Source: an uncultured Pseudobdellovibrionaceae bacterium (lineage in GTDB: Bacteria > Bdellovibrionota > FAC87 > UBA2466). Taken from it: DNA of 64,000 nucleotides. Location: the NCBI GenBank assembly GCA_964616705.1, contig CAZTRP010000001.1, forward strand, positions 314,381-378,380, in the 5' to 3' direction. Made by a program: the position numbers and the translations under genes. Position 1 is the stretch's first letter. Each line of letters begins with the position of its first letter. The notes beneath the pieces were generated by a model. That model made no database searches, was not told the origin of the DNA, and saw only the letters and a list, made by a program, of their open reading frames with translations. Below, one piece after another: positions 9,824 to 18,175 of this stretch.

Positions 9824-10348
9824 GTGAGCACTCTATTGTCTAGTAATTCCTACGCTTTCCAGCCCAGGCAAGCAAAAGGCGGCTTAATTCAAGTTCTGCC
9901 CAGCCTTTCTTCACGCATCCGAGTCACGCTACAGCGTGCCATCACCACCGCCAAAACCGAAAAAGACCTCTTTCTGTGGATAGCAGATGAAGGTGTGCTT
10001 TACGCTGAAGCCATTCACCAAATGGGTGCACTTCCCCTGTCTCGACTCCTACTCATTCATGCCCCCAGCGCAGAAGAAGTTTGGCGGACGGGAATGGAAT
10101 CTGCCCAAACTGGCTTGTTTCACTTTCTTTTCTTCAAAGCCTCTCGTCCCTGCTCAACTCCCTACTTAAGAAAACTGCAACTTATTGCCCAGAAGAATCA
10201 GTGCGAAATTTTTCTTCTGACACACACACCACTCCCCCACTGGACGTTAAAAGAAACATTAGGAGATACAGACGGTGCGAACCCTGTACATAAAAAGTCC
10301 TCAGCCCATGCTGGCACTCGCCGAGAGCTGCTTCACTCTTACGCCTAA
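9824..10348 (+). CDS. imuA: ImuA/SulA-like degenerate RecA-fold protein
   Basis: First gene before imuB-dnaE2; LSRLLLIHAP...VWRTGMESAQTGLF...LRKLQLIAQ resembles ImuA; no Walker A motif. Confidence 0.6.
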   Translation: MSTLLSSNSYAFQPRQAKGGLIQVLPSLSSRIRVTLQRAITTAKTEKDLFLWIADEGVLYAEAIHQMGALPLSRLLLIHAPSAEEVWRTGMESAQTGLFHFLFFKASRPCSTPYLRKLQLIAQKNQCEIFLLTHTPLPHWTLKETLGDTDGANPVHKKSSAHAGTRRELLHSYA

Positions 10349-11513
10349 GGTTTCGCTTTGCAGCCCCTTCGAGCTGTATCTTGAAGTTGCTTGCACCAGC
10401 AACGTCTTCGGCGGTGAAGAGGGGCTTTTACAAAAAGCAGAGACACTTTTTGAAACTTTTAATTGTGGCCCCTACCGAAAAGTTCTTACTGATAGGCCGG
10501 AATGGGCAAAAGCACTGGCACAAGAAACCGACGTACTACTTCCGCCTGGCAAAAGCGCCGAATTCTTCCGATGGCTCAACATAGAAAAACTCAGCCTAGT
10601 AGGAGACCCTTTCTCCAACGAAGATGAGGTGAAAGAAAAAACTCGCCTAGTTTCTTTTATGAAAAAGGTGGGAATTCGCACCTGCGGAGATTTTTTAAAC
10701 CTCCCAGTTTCTTCAGTGCACCAACGCTTTGGAAAGCTGGGAGAAACTTTACATGACTGGGCTAGTGGCCGACGCCAGCTTTGCCTACCTATTTTTCAAT
10801 CAGAAGAACCCTTGTGCGAACACCTTGATGCCGACGAGTTGCATTCTTTTGATGCCCTGCTTTTTTCACTAAGACAAACTCTCATTCGACTACAAATCCG
10901 CCTACAAGGCAGGGCAAGAGCAGGCAAAAAAATCCGTCTTACATTCAATTTCGAATCTCATCCGGCAGTCACAAAAATGCTCGATCTGAATGAAGGCACA
11001 CAAGAGGCACAAGTGCTTTTGCGTGTTTTAAAAGAGTTTCTTGCTGGGTTTAAGTGGGAGTCTCCTCTAGTGCGACTAGAAATGGAAATGCTAGACCTGA
11101 TTCCACATCAAGCTGGCCAACTTTCACTATTAGACGATTCGGAAAATCGCTTTGCAGACCTAGCCCAATATGTAGCGCGACTACGTGCTCGATTTGGAGA
11201 AGACCATGCAGGATTTGCCACTCTACAAAACAGCCATCTCCCCGAACACACCAGCAAACTCAAATGGCCCCCCTCCCCCGATCCTAATCCGAGAGAAGAC
11301 TTCCCCCTACGCCCGTTATTTCTTTACAGCGAACCAAAGCCTTTTTCTCCAACTTCCCAATGGGACTTAATTCATTCGGAGAATTTGCACGTCGAGTGGT
11401 GGAATGCTGGCGGCCAACGCGAGTACTTCATCGCAAGAAACCAAACACAGTGCTTATGGGTTTACCGCGATAGCGTAACTAGAAACTGGTTTATCCATGG
11501 CAACTTCAACTAA
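10275..11513 (+). CDS. imuB: ImuB, inactive Y-family polymerase accessory protein
   Basis: VGIRTCGDFLNLP...QRFG thumb/HhH region and the typical ImuB C-terminus REYFIA...LWVYRD...WFIHGNF; overlaps the dnaE2 start. Confidence 0.85.
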   Translation: MRTLYIKSPQPMLALAESCFTLTPKVSLCSPFELYLEVACTSNVFGGEEGLLQKAETLFETFNCGPYRKVLTDRPEWAKALAQETDVLLPPGKSAEFFRWLNIEKLSLVGDPFSNEDEVKEKTRLVSFMKKVGIRTCGDFLNLPVSSVHQRFGKLGETLHDWASGRRQLCLPIFQSEEPLCEHLDADELHSFDALLFSLRQTLIRLQIRLQGRARAGKKIRLTFNFESHPAVTKMLDLNEGTQEAQVLLRVLKEFLAGFKWESPLVRLEMEMLDLIPHQAGQLSLLDDSENRFADLAQYVARLRARFGEDHAGFATLQNSHLPEHTSKLKWPPSPDPNPREDFPLRPLFLYSEPKPFSPTSQWDLIHSENLHVEWWNAGGQREYFIARNQTQCLWVYRDSVTRNWFIHGNFN

Positions 11514-14500
11514 AGTCCCTTTTGCCGAGCTGGCGGCCAAGACTAGCTACTCTTTCTTGGAGGGGGCCTCACACCCTGAGGAAATGGTACTAGCCGCTAG
11601 CACAGCTGGATATGAAGCCATTGCCATTACCGACGCTTTCGGTGTTTACGGCGCTCCCAGAGCACACGTGGCTGCAAAGGCCGGAAACTTTCCACTTGTC
11701 GTCGGGGCGGAAATTCCAATCAATGGAAAACCCTTTAAGCTTCTTGCTAAAAATAGAAATGGTTATGGAAACCTTTGTGAACTGCTCACCATTGCACATG
11801 AAAACAGAGAAAACCCCAGCCTGGACTGGGACAAAGTGCATGAAAAACACAAGGGCCTCTTTCTCCTCATTCCTTCTTCGCTAGAGTTAAGCGAGGAATT
11901 TCGGCCAACTCTTTCAGTATTTGAAAACAATTGCGCCTTATTGGTTAGCACCTCTCAAAATGGCAGCGACTCCAGAAGAATTCTCCAGGCCGAACAGCTC
12001 TCTAAGAAATTCAACCTAAGAGTAGCCGCAAGCAATGAACCTCTGTTTCACACCCCCGAGAGAAAACCTCTTCAAGATGTACTTACCTGCATCCGTCTCA
12101 ATTGTTCTCTTGCAGAAGGGGGGCTTCGACTCCTTCCCAATGCGGAACGCTACATAAAACCTTTACCCGCACTACAAAAGCTCTTTGCCTCTCATTTAAA
12201 CTGGCTTGAAAACAGCGCAGAAATCGCAAGCGATTGTCGTTTTTCGCTCGATGAGATTCGTTATCGATACCCAACCGAATGGATTCCAGCAGGCGAAACT
12301 GGCGACACTTACTTAGAAAAGCTTGTCTACCAAGGAGCCAAGCAGCGCTATGGAGAAAATCTGCCTAATAAGGCAAAGGAAACCATCCAGCATGAGTTGC
12401 AACTCATTCGCGAACTAAAGTATAGCGATTACTTTCTTACAATATGGGACATTGTCACTTTTGCCAGGACACAAGGCATTCTTTGCCAAGGAAGAGGTTC
12501 CGCCGCAAACTCTGTTGTTTGCTACGTGCTCGAAATCACTTCTATCGACCCAGTACATCTGAACTTACTCTTTGAAAGGTTTATCTCTCGAGAACGAAAC
12601 GAGCCACCCGACATCGACATAGACTTCGAACACGAACGAAGAGAAGAAGTTATTCAGTACATATACCGACGCTATGGCCGACACAGAGCAGCTATTACTG
12701 CTGAAGTAATTTGCTTTCGGAAAAAATCTTCCCTACGCGAAGTGGCTAAGGTTTTCGATATCCCCGTCGATAAAGTTGAGAAGATTCAAACCCTCTCCCA
12801 TCGCAGAAAGCTTTCCGAAGTTCCCGATTCAGACTGGAATGAGACTTTCAGCGAACTTCCCGCTCATAAAGTTTCTTTATATCGAGACCTCGTTCAATCC
12901 CTGATTGGCTTTCCCAGGCACCTAGGAACACACGTAGGCGGCTTTGTTTTGTGCCAAGAAGCTCTTACCAGAAACGTCCCCATTGAGAAGGCCGCCATGG
13001 CAGATCGAACCATCGTTCAGTGGGACAAGAACGACTTAGATGCCCTTGGGTTTGTACGAGTAGATATTCTGGGACTCGGAATTCTTACAGCGATTAGAAA
13101 GAGCTTTGACTACATTAAACAAACCGAAGGCATCTCCCTATCGCTTGCAACAATTCCCCAGGAAGACCCCCAAGTGTATGAGCCAATCTGTAGGGCCGAT
13201 ACGGTGGGAGTGTTTCAAATAGAATCTCGCGCCCAAATGAATATGCTTCCAAGGTTAAAGCCGCGAACGTTTTACGACTTGGTCGTAGAGATTTCACTGG
13301 TGCGCCCCGGTCCCATACAGGGCGATATGGTGCATCCGTATTTAAAACGCAGAACAGGCGAGGAATCGGTTGAGTATGCCCACCCATTACTAAAAGGCAT
13401 TCTGGAAAAAACCTACGGCGTCCCACTTTTTCAAGAGCAAATCATGAAAATGGCCATGACGGTTGCCGGCTTTACTGGCGGCGAGGCAGACGAGCTACGT
13501 CGCGCCATGGGATCTTGGAGAAGAGATGGAGCAAACCGACTAGCCCCCATTGGAGAGCGATTTCGAAAGGGACTCGTCAACCGTGGAGTCAACCCTGAAT
13601 ATGCCGAACGAGTCTTTCACCAGATACAAGGGTTTGCTGAGTATGGGTTTCCCGAATCCCATGCGGCTTCTTTTGCAGTACTGGTTTATGCCACAGCCTA
13701 TTTAAAGCGCTATTTTCCCGCCGCCTTCTTAACTGGCCTGTTGAACGCTCAACCCATGGGATTCTACAGCCCACACTCTTTAATTCATGACGGCAAAAGG
13801 CACGGCATTGAAGTGCTTCCCGTCGATATTCAAAACTCCCGCTGGGATAATCTTCTGGTATCAAAACACCAAGTTCGCTTGGGATACAGACAGATTAGAG
13901 GAATGAAAAAGCGCGTTGGAGAGGCCCTCGAAGCCGCTCGAACCCGAGGCGGCCCATTTGTCAGTTTCGAAGACTTTCTCGAACGATTACTCGCAGAGCT
14001 TCCTTTGAATACCCTAACCAAGCGAGATCTTTTTCTCCTAGCTGGTGCAAACGCTTTTGACTGCCTAGGCCTAGAACGCCGAATTGCCTTTTGGAAAATT
14101 CAAGCCCTCTGTCTTACTGATAGCGACCTTTTCTCTGCACCAACTGAAGCGGTAGCTCTTAAGAAAGAAACAAACTGGGAAAAAATTTCGGCAGATCATG
14201 AGGCTCAGGGCGTCTCTCTACACGCACACCCTTTGGCGCTCTTTAGAACTGAACTCACAAAACTTCGAGTTCTAAGTTCCCAAGACTTAGCCGCGCAAGC
14301 TGAAAGGCGCTTAGTGCAGGTGGCAGGCTTAGTGATATGCCGGCAAATGCCCCCCACTGCCTCAGGAGTGCTTTTTATTACACTAGAAGACGAAAATGGT
14401 TTTACGAATTTGGTGGTGTGGAAGAAGGTTTTTGAAGCTTATCGAGAAACTCTACTAACACAGTCTTTTTTGCGTTGCGAAGGCAGGATCCAGAAGTCCA

Positions 14501-14595
14501 AGGGTTCAAAGGTTGTCCACTTAGTAGTGGAAAAAGCTTTTCCTCTTTTGGAACTTTCTCAATCTCCTGCCTTCGCCTCACATGATTTTCACTAG
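11497..14595 (+). CDS. dnaE2: Error-prone DNA polymerase DnaE2 (ImuC)
   Basis: PHP start FAELAAKTSYSFLEGASHPEE, QGRGSAANS, PPDIDIDFEH, FPRHLGTHVGG, GFPESHAASFA, OB fold, and DnaE2-specific C-terminal SHDFH. Confidence 0.95.
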   Translation: MATSTKVPFAELAAKTSYSFLEGASHPEEMVLAASTAGYEAIAITDAFGVYGAPRAHVAAKAGNFPLVVGAEIPINGKPFKLLAKNRNGYGNLCELLTIAHENRENPSLDWDKVHEKHKGLFLLIPSSLELSEEFRPTLSVFENNCALLVSTSQNGSDSRRILQAEQLSKKFNLRVAASNEPLFHTPERKPLQDVLTCIRLNCSLAEGGLRLLPNAERYIKPLPALQKLFASHLNWLENSAEIASDCRFSLDEIRYRYPTEWIPAGETGDTYLEKLVYQGAKQRYGENLPNKAKETIQHELQLIRELKYSDYFLTIWDIVTFARTQGILCQGRGSAANSVVCYVLEITSIDPVHLNLLFERFISRERNEPPDIDIDFEHERREEVIQYIYRRYGRHRAAITAEVICFRKKSSLREVAKVFDIPVDKVEKIQTLSHRRKLSEVPDSDWNETFSELPAHKVSLYRDLVQSLIGFPRHLGTHVGGFVLCQEALTRNVPIEKAAMADRTIVQWDKNDLDALGFVRVDILGLGILTAIRKSFDYIKQTEGISLSLATIPQEDPQVYEPICRADTVGVFQIESRAQMNMLPRLKPRTFYDLVVEISLVRPGPIQGDMVHPYLKRRTGEESVEYAHPLLKGILEKTYGVPLFQEQIMKMAMTVAGFTGGEADELRRAMGSWRRDGANRLAPIGERFRKGLVNRGVNPEYAERVFHQIQGFAEYGFPESHAASFAVLVYATAYLKRYFPAAFLTGLLNAQPMGFYSPHSLIHDGKRHGIEVLPVDIQNSRWDNLLVSKHQVRLGYRQIRGMKKRVGEALEAARTRGGPFVSFEDFLERLLAELPLNTLTKRDLFLLAGANAFDCLGLERRIAFWKIQALCLTDSDLFSAPTEAVALKKETNWEKISADHEAQGVSLHAHPLALFRTELTKLRVLSSQDLAAQAERRLVQVAGLVICRQMPPTASGVLFITLEDENGFTNLVVWKKVFEAYRETLLTQSFLRCEGRIQKSKGSKVVHLVVEKAFPLLELSQSPAFASHDFH

Positions 14596-15350
14596 TCTTT
14601 TTCAGGCAAGTTTTCGGCAAAGCCTGCAAAAACACGAGCCAAAACCTTTTGGCTGTCCGGTGCGGTTGGGAACGGATATTTTTGATCTATCGACTGATTA
14701 GCCCCATCGCCTTTAATGGCTTTGATCACCGAAACAAGTCCGAGCTCTTTTTCTTTCTCAAACTGCTGGGTAGCCGAAAGAGACTTCGTAACAGTCCCAC
14801 CCCAAGCAACTTCTGAACTTTTCAGATCATAAATATGCAAGGAGACGGAGACAGTACGTTCCGCGCGGGTAACCACTTTCTCGCTTCCTGGGATTAACTT
14901 ACCATCCCTATCGGTGCTAGCAGTCTCGTTGCGATCATTGGAAACATCGTCGTTTTCGATGCGAGCAAAAGCAACGTACCGAATCCCAGACGCTTTATTC
15001 TTCAAGTTCTGCAACGATTTTTCACTCAGCTCCCCAGCACTTTGAATTTCAGAAGCGAGAACCGCATACTGACTTCCTAAGCGATTCATCAGGGTGCCTG
15101 CCGGAATAACGTTGTAGTCCTTGCGTTCTTCTAAAATGGCCGTGCGCAAGAGCCCCGCGAGGGAACTTCTGCGTCCTTCGTCCAAAGTAGAATGAGCCGA
15201 GACAACTCCCCCCACAGCAAATTTACCAGACTCAATTGCCGAGTGGGTAAACGTAGGACTCGCTTTGAGCCCCGCAATTTTGGTGGCACAGCCCGTGACC
15301 AAGAGAAAACTACCAAGCAGAAACCAGCGCGAAATAGGATGTTGTGACAT
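14592..15350 (-). CDS. Lipoprotein, possible CsgG/LpoB-like fold
   Basis: Lipobox LVTG-C; VSVSLHIYDLKSSEVAWGG resembles that fold's C-terminal strands (weak). Confidence 0.65.
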   Translation of the reverse strand: MSQHPISRWFLLGSFLLVTGCATKIAGLKASPTFTHSAIESGKFAVGGVVSAHSTLDEGRRSSLAGLLRTAILEERKDYNVIPAGTLMNRLGSQYAVLASEIQSAGELSEKSLQNLKNKASGIRYVAFARIENDDVSNDRNETASTDRDGKLIPGSEKVVTRAERTVSVSLHIYDLKSSEVAWGGTVTKSLSATQQFEKEKELGLVSVIKAIKGDGANQSIDQKYPFPTAPDSQKVLARVFAGFAENLPEKD

Positions 15351-15372
15351 AAAGTTCTTGAAGCTCCCAAAG

Positions 15373-15936
15373 TTAAATCAGGTCGGTAAACCACCCAAAA
15401 TTCAAGTAGGGAAGCCCACCAATCCCCGAACGAATAGAAAGGTTATAGCCGAGTCCCAAGTTAAATCCACCTGGAGTTTGCCAATCCACCCCCAAACTCG
15501 CATACACGTGTGCCCCTGAGGCTTCAAAGCCATTCACCTTGATTGACGCGCCGCTCGAACTGTACACCACCATCGCCGCCGCAAGGCCTACCGTCGGGGA
15601 CAAGCTCCAACCTGGAACCAAAGCGCGAGCCCCAACTCCCAGCGTAGTAGCACTAGCGCTTAGCGAAGAGTCTCCAATGCCTGCAGAAGCACTGACTCGT
15701 CCGATGCCAGCGTGCAAACGAAGAAAATCAAATGCGTTGTAACCAACGTTCACACCCAAGAGGGTCGGAAACGGGTCTCCTAAAATACCAAGGTAGGCGC
15801 CAGCGCGTTTAGACATCCGATCGCTAGGACCATTTGTTCCAAAAAAAGTACTCTGAGAACTCTCGCTGGGTGTCCTTGCACCTAACGCCGAAAAGCCAAC
15901 TAATACTGCCAACAAACAAATACACTTTAACTTCAT
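15373..15936 (-). CDS. Putative outer-membrane beta-barrel protein
   Basis: GGAGG RBS before ATG 15936, signal peptide, alternating Gly/aromatic amphipathic strands, terminal YLNFGWF. Confidence 0.6.
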   Translation of the reverse strand: MKLKCICLLAVLVGFSALGARTPSESSQSTFFGTNGPSDRMSKRAGAYLGILGDPFPTLLGVNVGYNAFDFLRLHAGIGRVSASAGIGDSSLSASATTLGVGARALVPGWSLSPTVGLAAAMVVYSSSGASIKVNGFEASGAHVYASLGVDWQTPGGFNLGLGYNLSIRSGIGGLPYLNFGWFTDLI

Positions 15937-16112
15937 ACAGACCTCCATCCTTACGAACGAAGCTGTCCGGAGAGAACTCACAAGTCAATGTTTATTGTAC
16001 CACGGTATAATTAATTAGATTTCGAGTATCATTACAAGCCCCGGTCACCGTTCCGAAGAACTTCTGATTGCCGTTGTCTTCGGGGTTTGATAATCCCATC
16101 ACTTGTTTTTAG

Positions 16113-16188
16113 GGGCCCGTAGCTCATCTGGGAGAGCGCCACAATGGCATTGTGGAGGTAGCGCGTTCGATCCGCGTCGGGTCCACCA
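16113..16188 (+). tRNA. tRNA-Ala(GGC)
   Basis: Acceptor stem GGGCCCG/CGGGTCC with the G3:U70 Ala identity pair; anticodon stem CCACA/TGTGG with loop AT-GGC-AT; T-loop TTCGATC; CCA encoded. Confidence 0.97.
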
Positions 16189-16232
16189 ATTTTGCCTAAT
16201 TTATAAATAATTCCAATATCTTAATAAAAATT

Positions 16233-16255
16233 TGCGCTACCTCGGAGGTAGCGCA
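16233..16255. repeat. Perfect 11-1-11 palindrome built from the tRNA motif GAGGTAGCGC
   Basis: TGCGCTACCTC-G-GAGGTAGCGCA; 16244-16254 is identical to tRNA positions 16154-16164. Confidence 0.85.
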
Positions 16256-16313
16256 GGTACCCACAACTTCCCATAACTCTTGGGCAGAAGTACGCTGTTT
16301 ACGCACAAATCTT

Positions 16314-16346
16314 GTGGACCAGACACGGATCGAAAGCGCTACCTCC
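16314..16346 (-). repeat. Inverted copy of the tRNA-Ala 3' half
   Basis: Reverse complement GGAGGTAGCGCtTTCGATCCGtGTCtGGTCCAC is 30/33 identical to 16154-16186. Confidence 0.9.
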
Positions 16347-16383
16347 TAAATAGGTGGCCGTTTACATTTTGCAAGGAAGATTA

Positions 16384-17178
16384 ATGGCGAATACAACCTA
16401 CAGCTTCACAGAGGATACCAAAGCAGTCGCCTTTATAGACATTCTTGGTTTTTCTAACATTAGCTTGAAAGCCTCGACAGAACCCCTCGGAGACGCGGGG
16501 CTGGCAATACATCTTTTCGAAAACTGCATCGACCGCAATCGTTCCAAGATGATGCGGTGTTTTCCGCGTGAGGTGCCAATCGGCAAACATGTCGAAGGCC
16601 AGAATTTTAAAGTAGCTAGCGTTTGGCACAAAGAAGTTCCCGAAGGAGCGGTGAATTTTTCCTACATGAGCGATTGTGCTGTCCTGTACAGCAATTCGCT
16701 TACACATCTATTCGAAATAGTTTCAGACATTTTTGGTACGGCTATTACGCGAGGAGTGCCGCTTAGAGGTGCAATCGCGATGGGTGCCTTGTTCCACTCT
16801 GAATCTGGGCAGCGGCCGGGAACCGGCATCTGCCTCTATGGAGATGCCTTAACACGTGCGGCAATTTTAGAGAGAGCGGTTCATGGCGCCGGGATGCGCG
16901 TGTGGCTTGATCCGCCGGTAGTCGAGTTAGCAAAAAATACAAATTTGGGAGCATTTATTCGTGAGGGCAGCTGTCGGAAACCGGCCGAATTGAAATGGTG
17001 GTTACAAGCTTACGAACCCGGGGGACCGAGACAGACGGAAAGCGCAGAAATGGAATGGCAGTTTGGGAGATGGTTCACCGAAAAATTCACCAGAAAATGG
17101 TTCAAAGGATCCAACTGCCGACACACAAAAAAAGTCATAGCTCTAGCAGTGAAAGAGCTGCGGGCTCTCGGTCGCTAG
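16384..17178 (+). CDS. Class III nucleotide cyclase-like (palm fold) protein, uncharacterised family
   Basis: VAFIDILGFS (first metal Asp), YMSDCAV (second Asp), PLRGAIAMG and LYGDALTRAAILE follow the order of adenylate/guanylate cyclase motifs. Confidence 0.7.
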   Translation: MANTTYSFTEDTKAVAFIDILGFSNISLKASTEPLGDAGLAIHLFENCIDRNRSKMMRCFPREVPIGKHVEGQNFKVASVWHKEVPEGAVNFSYMSDCAVLYSNSLTHLFEIVSDIFGTAITRGVPLRGAIAMGALFHSESGQRPGTGICLYGDALTRAAILERAVHGAGMRVWLDPPVVELAKNTNLGAFIREGSCRKPAELKWWLQAYEPGGPRQTESAEMEWQFGRWFTEKFTRKWFKGSNCRHTKKVIALAVKELRALGR

Positions 17179-17225
17179 ACGATTCGAAACTATTGGACTT
17201 CAGTTTCTCGTGAAAGGAATAGGGA

Positions 17226-18053
17226 ATGCGTGCTTGCGTAGCTCTAGTAGACAAGTTTCGGGTAAAGCTGGTGACGCGTAAGGAAATACCGCCACCAGAA
17301 CTATTCCACTTCACCTCAATATCAGCAGCCACCTCGATTTTAACTCATAAGCAACTTCGAGCGACAGGATATGAAGGACTAACTGACCTGGAGGAAATTC
17401 GACACGGCATCCAACTATTCGCCGAAGAATTACAGAGAAACAAATTTTCTTTTTCAACGAGGCCCAATGAAGTGCGTGGCGCATTAATTCGACTACTGCA
17501 TAAAGAGCGAGATGCGTTGCGAATAAATTGCTTCATAACTTCTTTCTCATCAGTTGAATCAGAAAAGCATTGGAAGGATTATGGCCAGGAAGGAAAAGGA
17601 GTATGCCTAAGATTCAAGTCGGAGGTCTTCAAAGAAAATTTGTTGTATAAAGTTGTGTATGATCTCTCCCAGAAACTCTCAGTCGTAGCAGAAACGTTAA
17701 ATAACATACAAATTCTCGCCGATAAAATTTCGAAAACCAGACATTCTTGTCCGAGATGCGTTGATCAGATGGCGAACATAATACTTACTGCTGCAGTCGT
17801 TCAATCAGCTAAGTTCAAAATTGCCTCACATGATCTAGATAGTGAATGGCGTCTGATCCAGTGGATTAAAAGAGACAATAGTGAGAGTAAAAAGGGCCAC
17901 GCACGAGGACGCGACTATGAGTATCTAGACTGTGATCTTCTATTAACGGACGTGGCTGACAACCCAATTTCACTTGAAGCCGGACCCCGTTCTGATCCGA
18001 ATCACATAGAAAACCTGAAACAGTTACTCTTCTCAGCGAAAGAAACCTCTTAA
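17226..18053 (+). CDS. DUF2971-like protein
   Basis: LFHFTS...ILTHKQLRAT...LTDLEEI, CFITSFS...HWKDYG..GKGVCLRF, LYKVVYD, K...DSEWRLI match the DUF2971 pattern. GTG at 17270 is an alternative start. Confidence 0.7.
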   Translation: MRACVALVDKFRVKLVTRKEIPPPELFHFTSISAATSILTHKQLRATGYEGLTDLEEIRHGIQLFAEELQRNKFSFSTRPNEVRGALIRLLHKERDALRINCFITSFSSVESEKHWKDYGQEGKGVCLRFKSEVFKENLLYKVVYDLSQKLSVVAETLNNIQILADKISKTRHSCPRCVDQMANIILTAAVVQSAKFKIASHDLDSEWRLIQWIKRDNSESKKGHARGRDYEYLDCDLLLTDVADNPISLEAGPRSDPNHIENLKQLLFSAKETS

Positions 18054-18118
18054 AGGAGTCGCGCCGAACTATTTGACATATCCTTCTTAACTATTTGAAA
18101 GCGTGGTATTTGTTGCCT

Positions 18119-18151
18119 AGGTAGCGCCTTCGATGGTCGTCGGGTCCACCA
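18119..18151 (+). repeat. attR-like direct copy of the tRNA-Ala 3' end
   Basis: AGGTAGCGCcTTCGATggtCGTCGGGTCCACCA versus the tRNA AGGTAGCGCGTTCGATCCGCGTCGGGTCCACCA. Confidence 0.85.
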
Positions 18152-18175
18152 GCTTAAACCCAAATTTAGAACTTA

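Larger units (their letters stand above)
16156..18151. mobile_element. Integrase-less genomic islet at the tRNA-Ala 3' end (~2 kb, two genes)
   Basis: Bounded by a 33-bp direct repeat of the tRNA 3' half (16156-16188 vs 18119-18151, 29/33 identical, perfect 14-bp core CGTCGGGTCCACCA). Two hand-counted 60-nt lines in the second gene are 38% GC versus 53% for a line of the moxR gene. Confidence 0.65.

Noticed and set aside
16384-18053. Calling the islet a Pycsar, CBASS or mCpol system outright
   Set aside because: No TM, TIR or SAVED effector, no CD-NTase or mCpol motif, and the canonical cyclase Asn/Arg are missing; only a resemblance can be supported.
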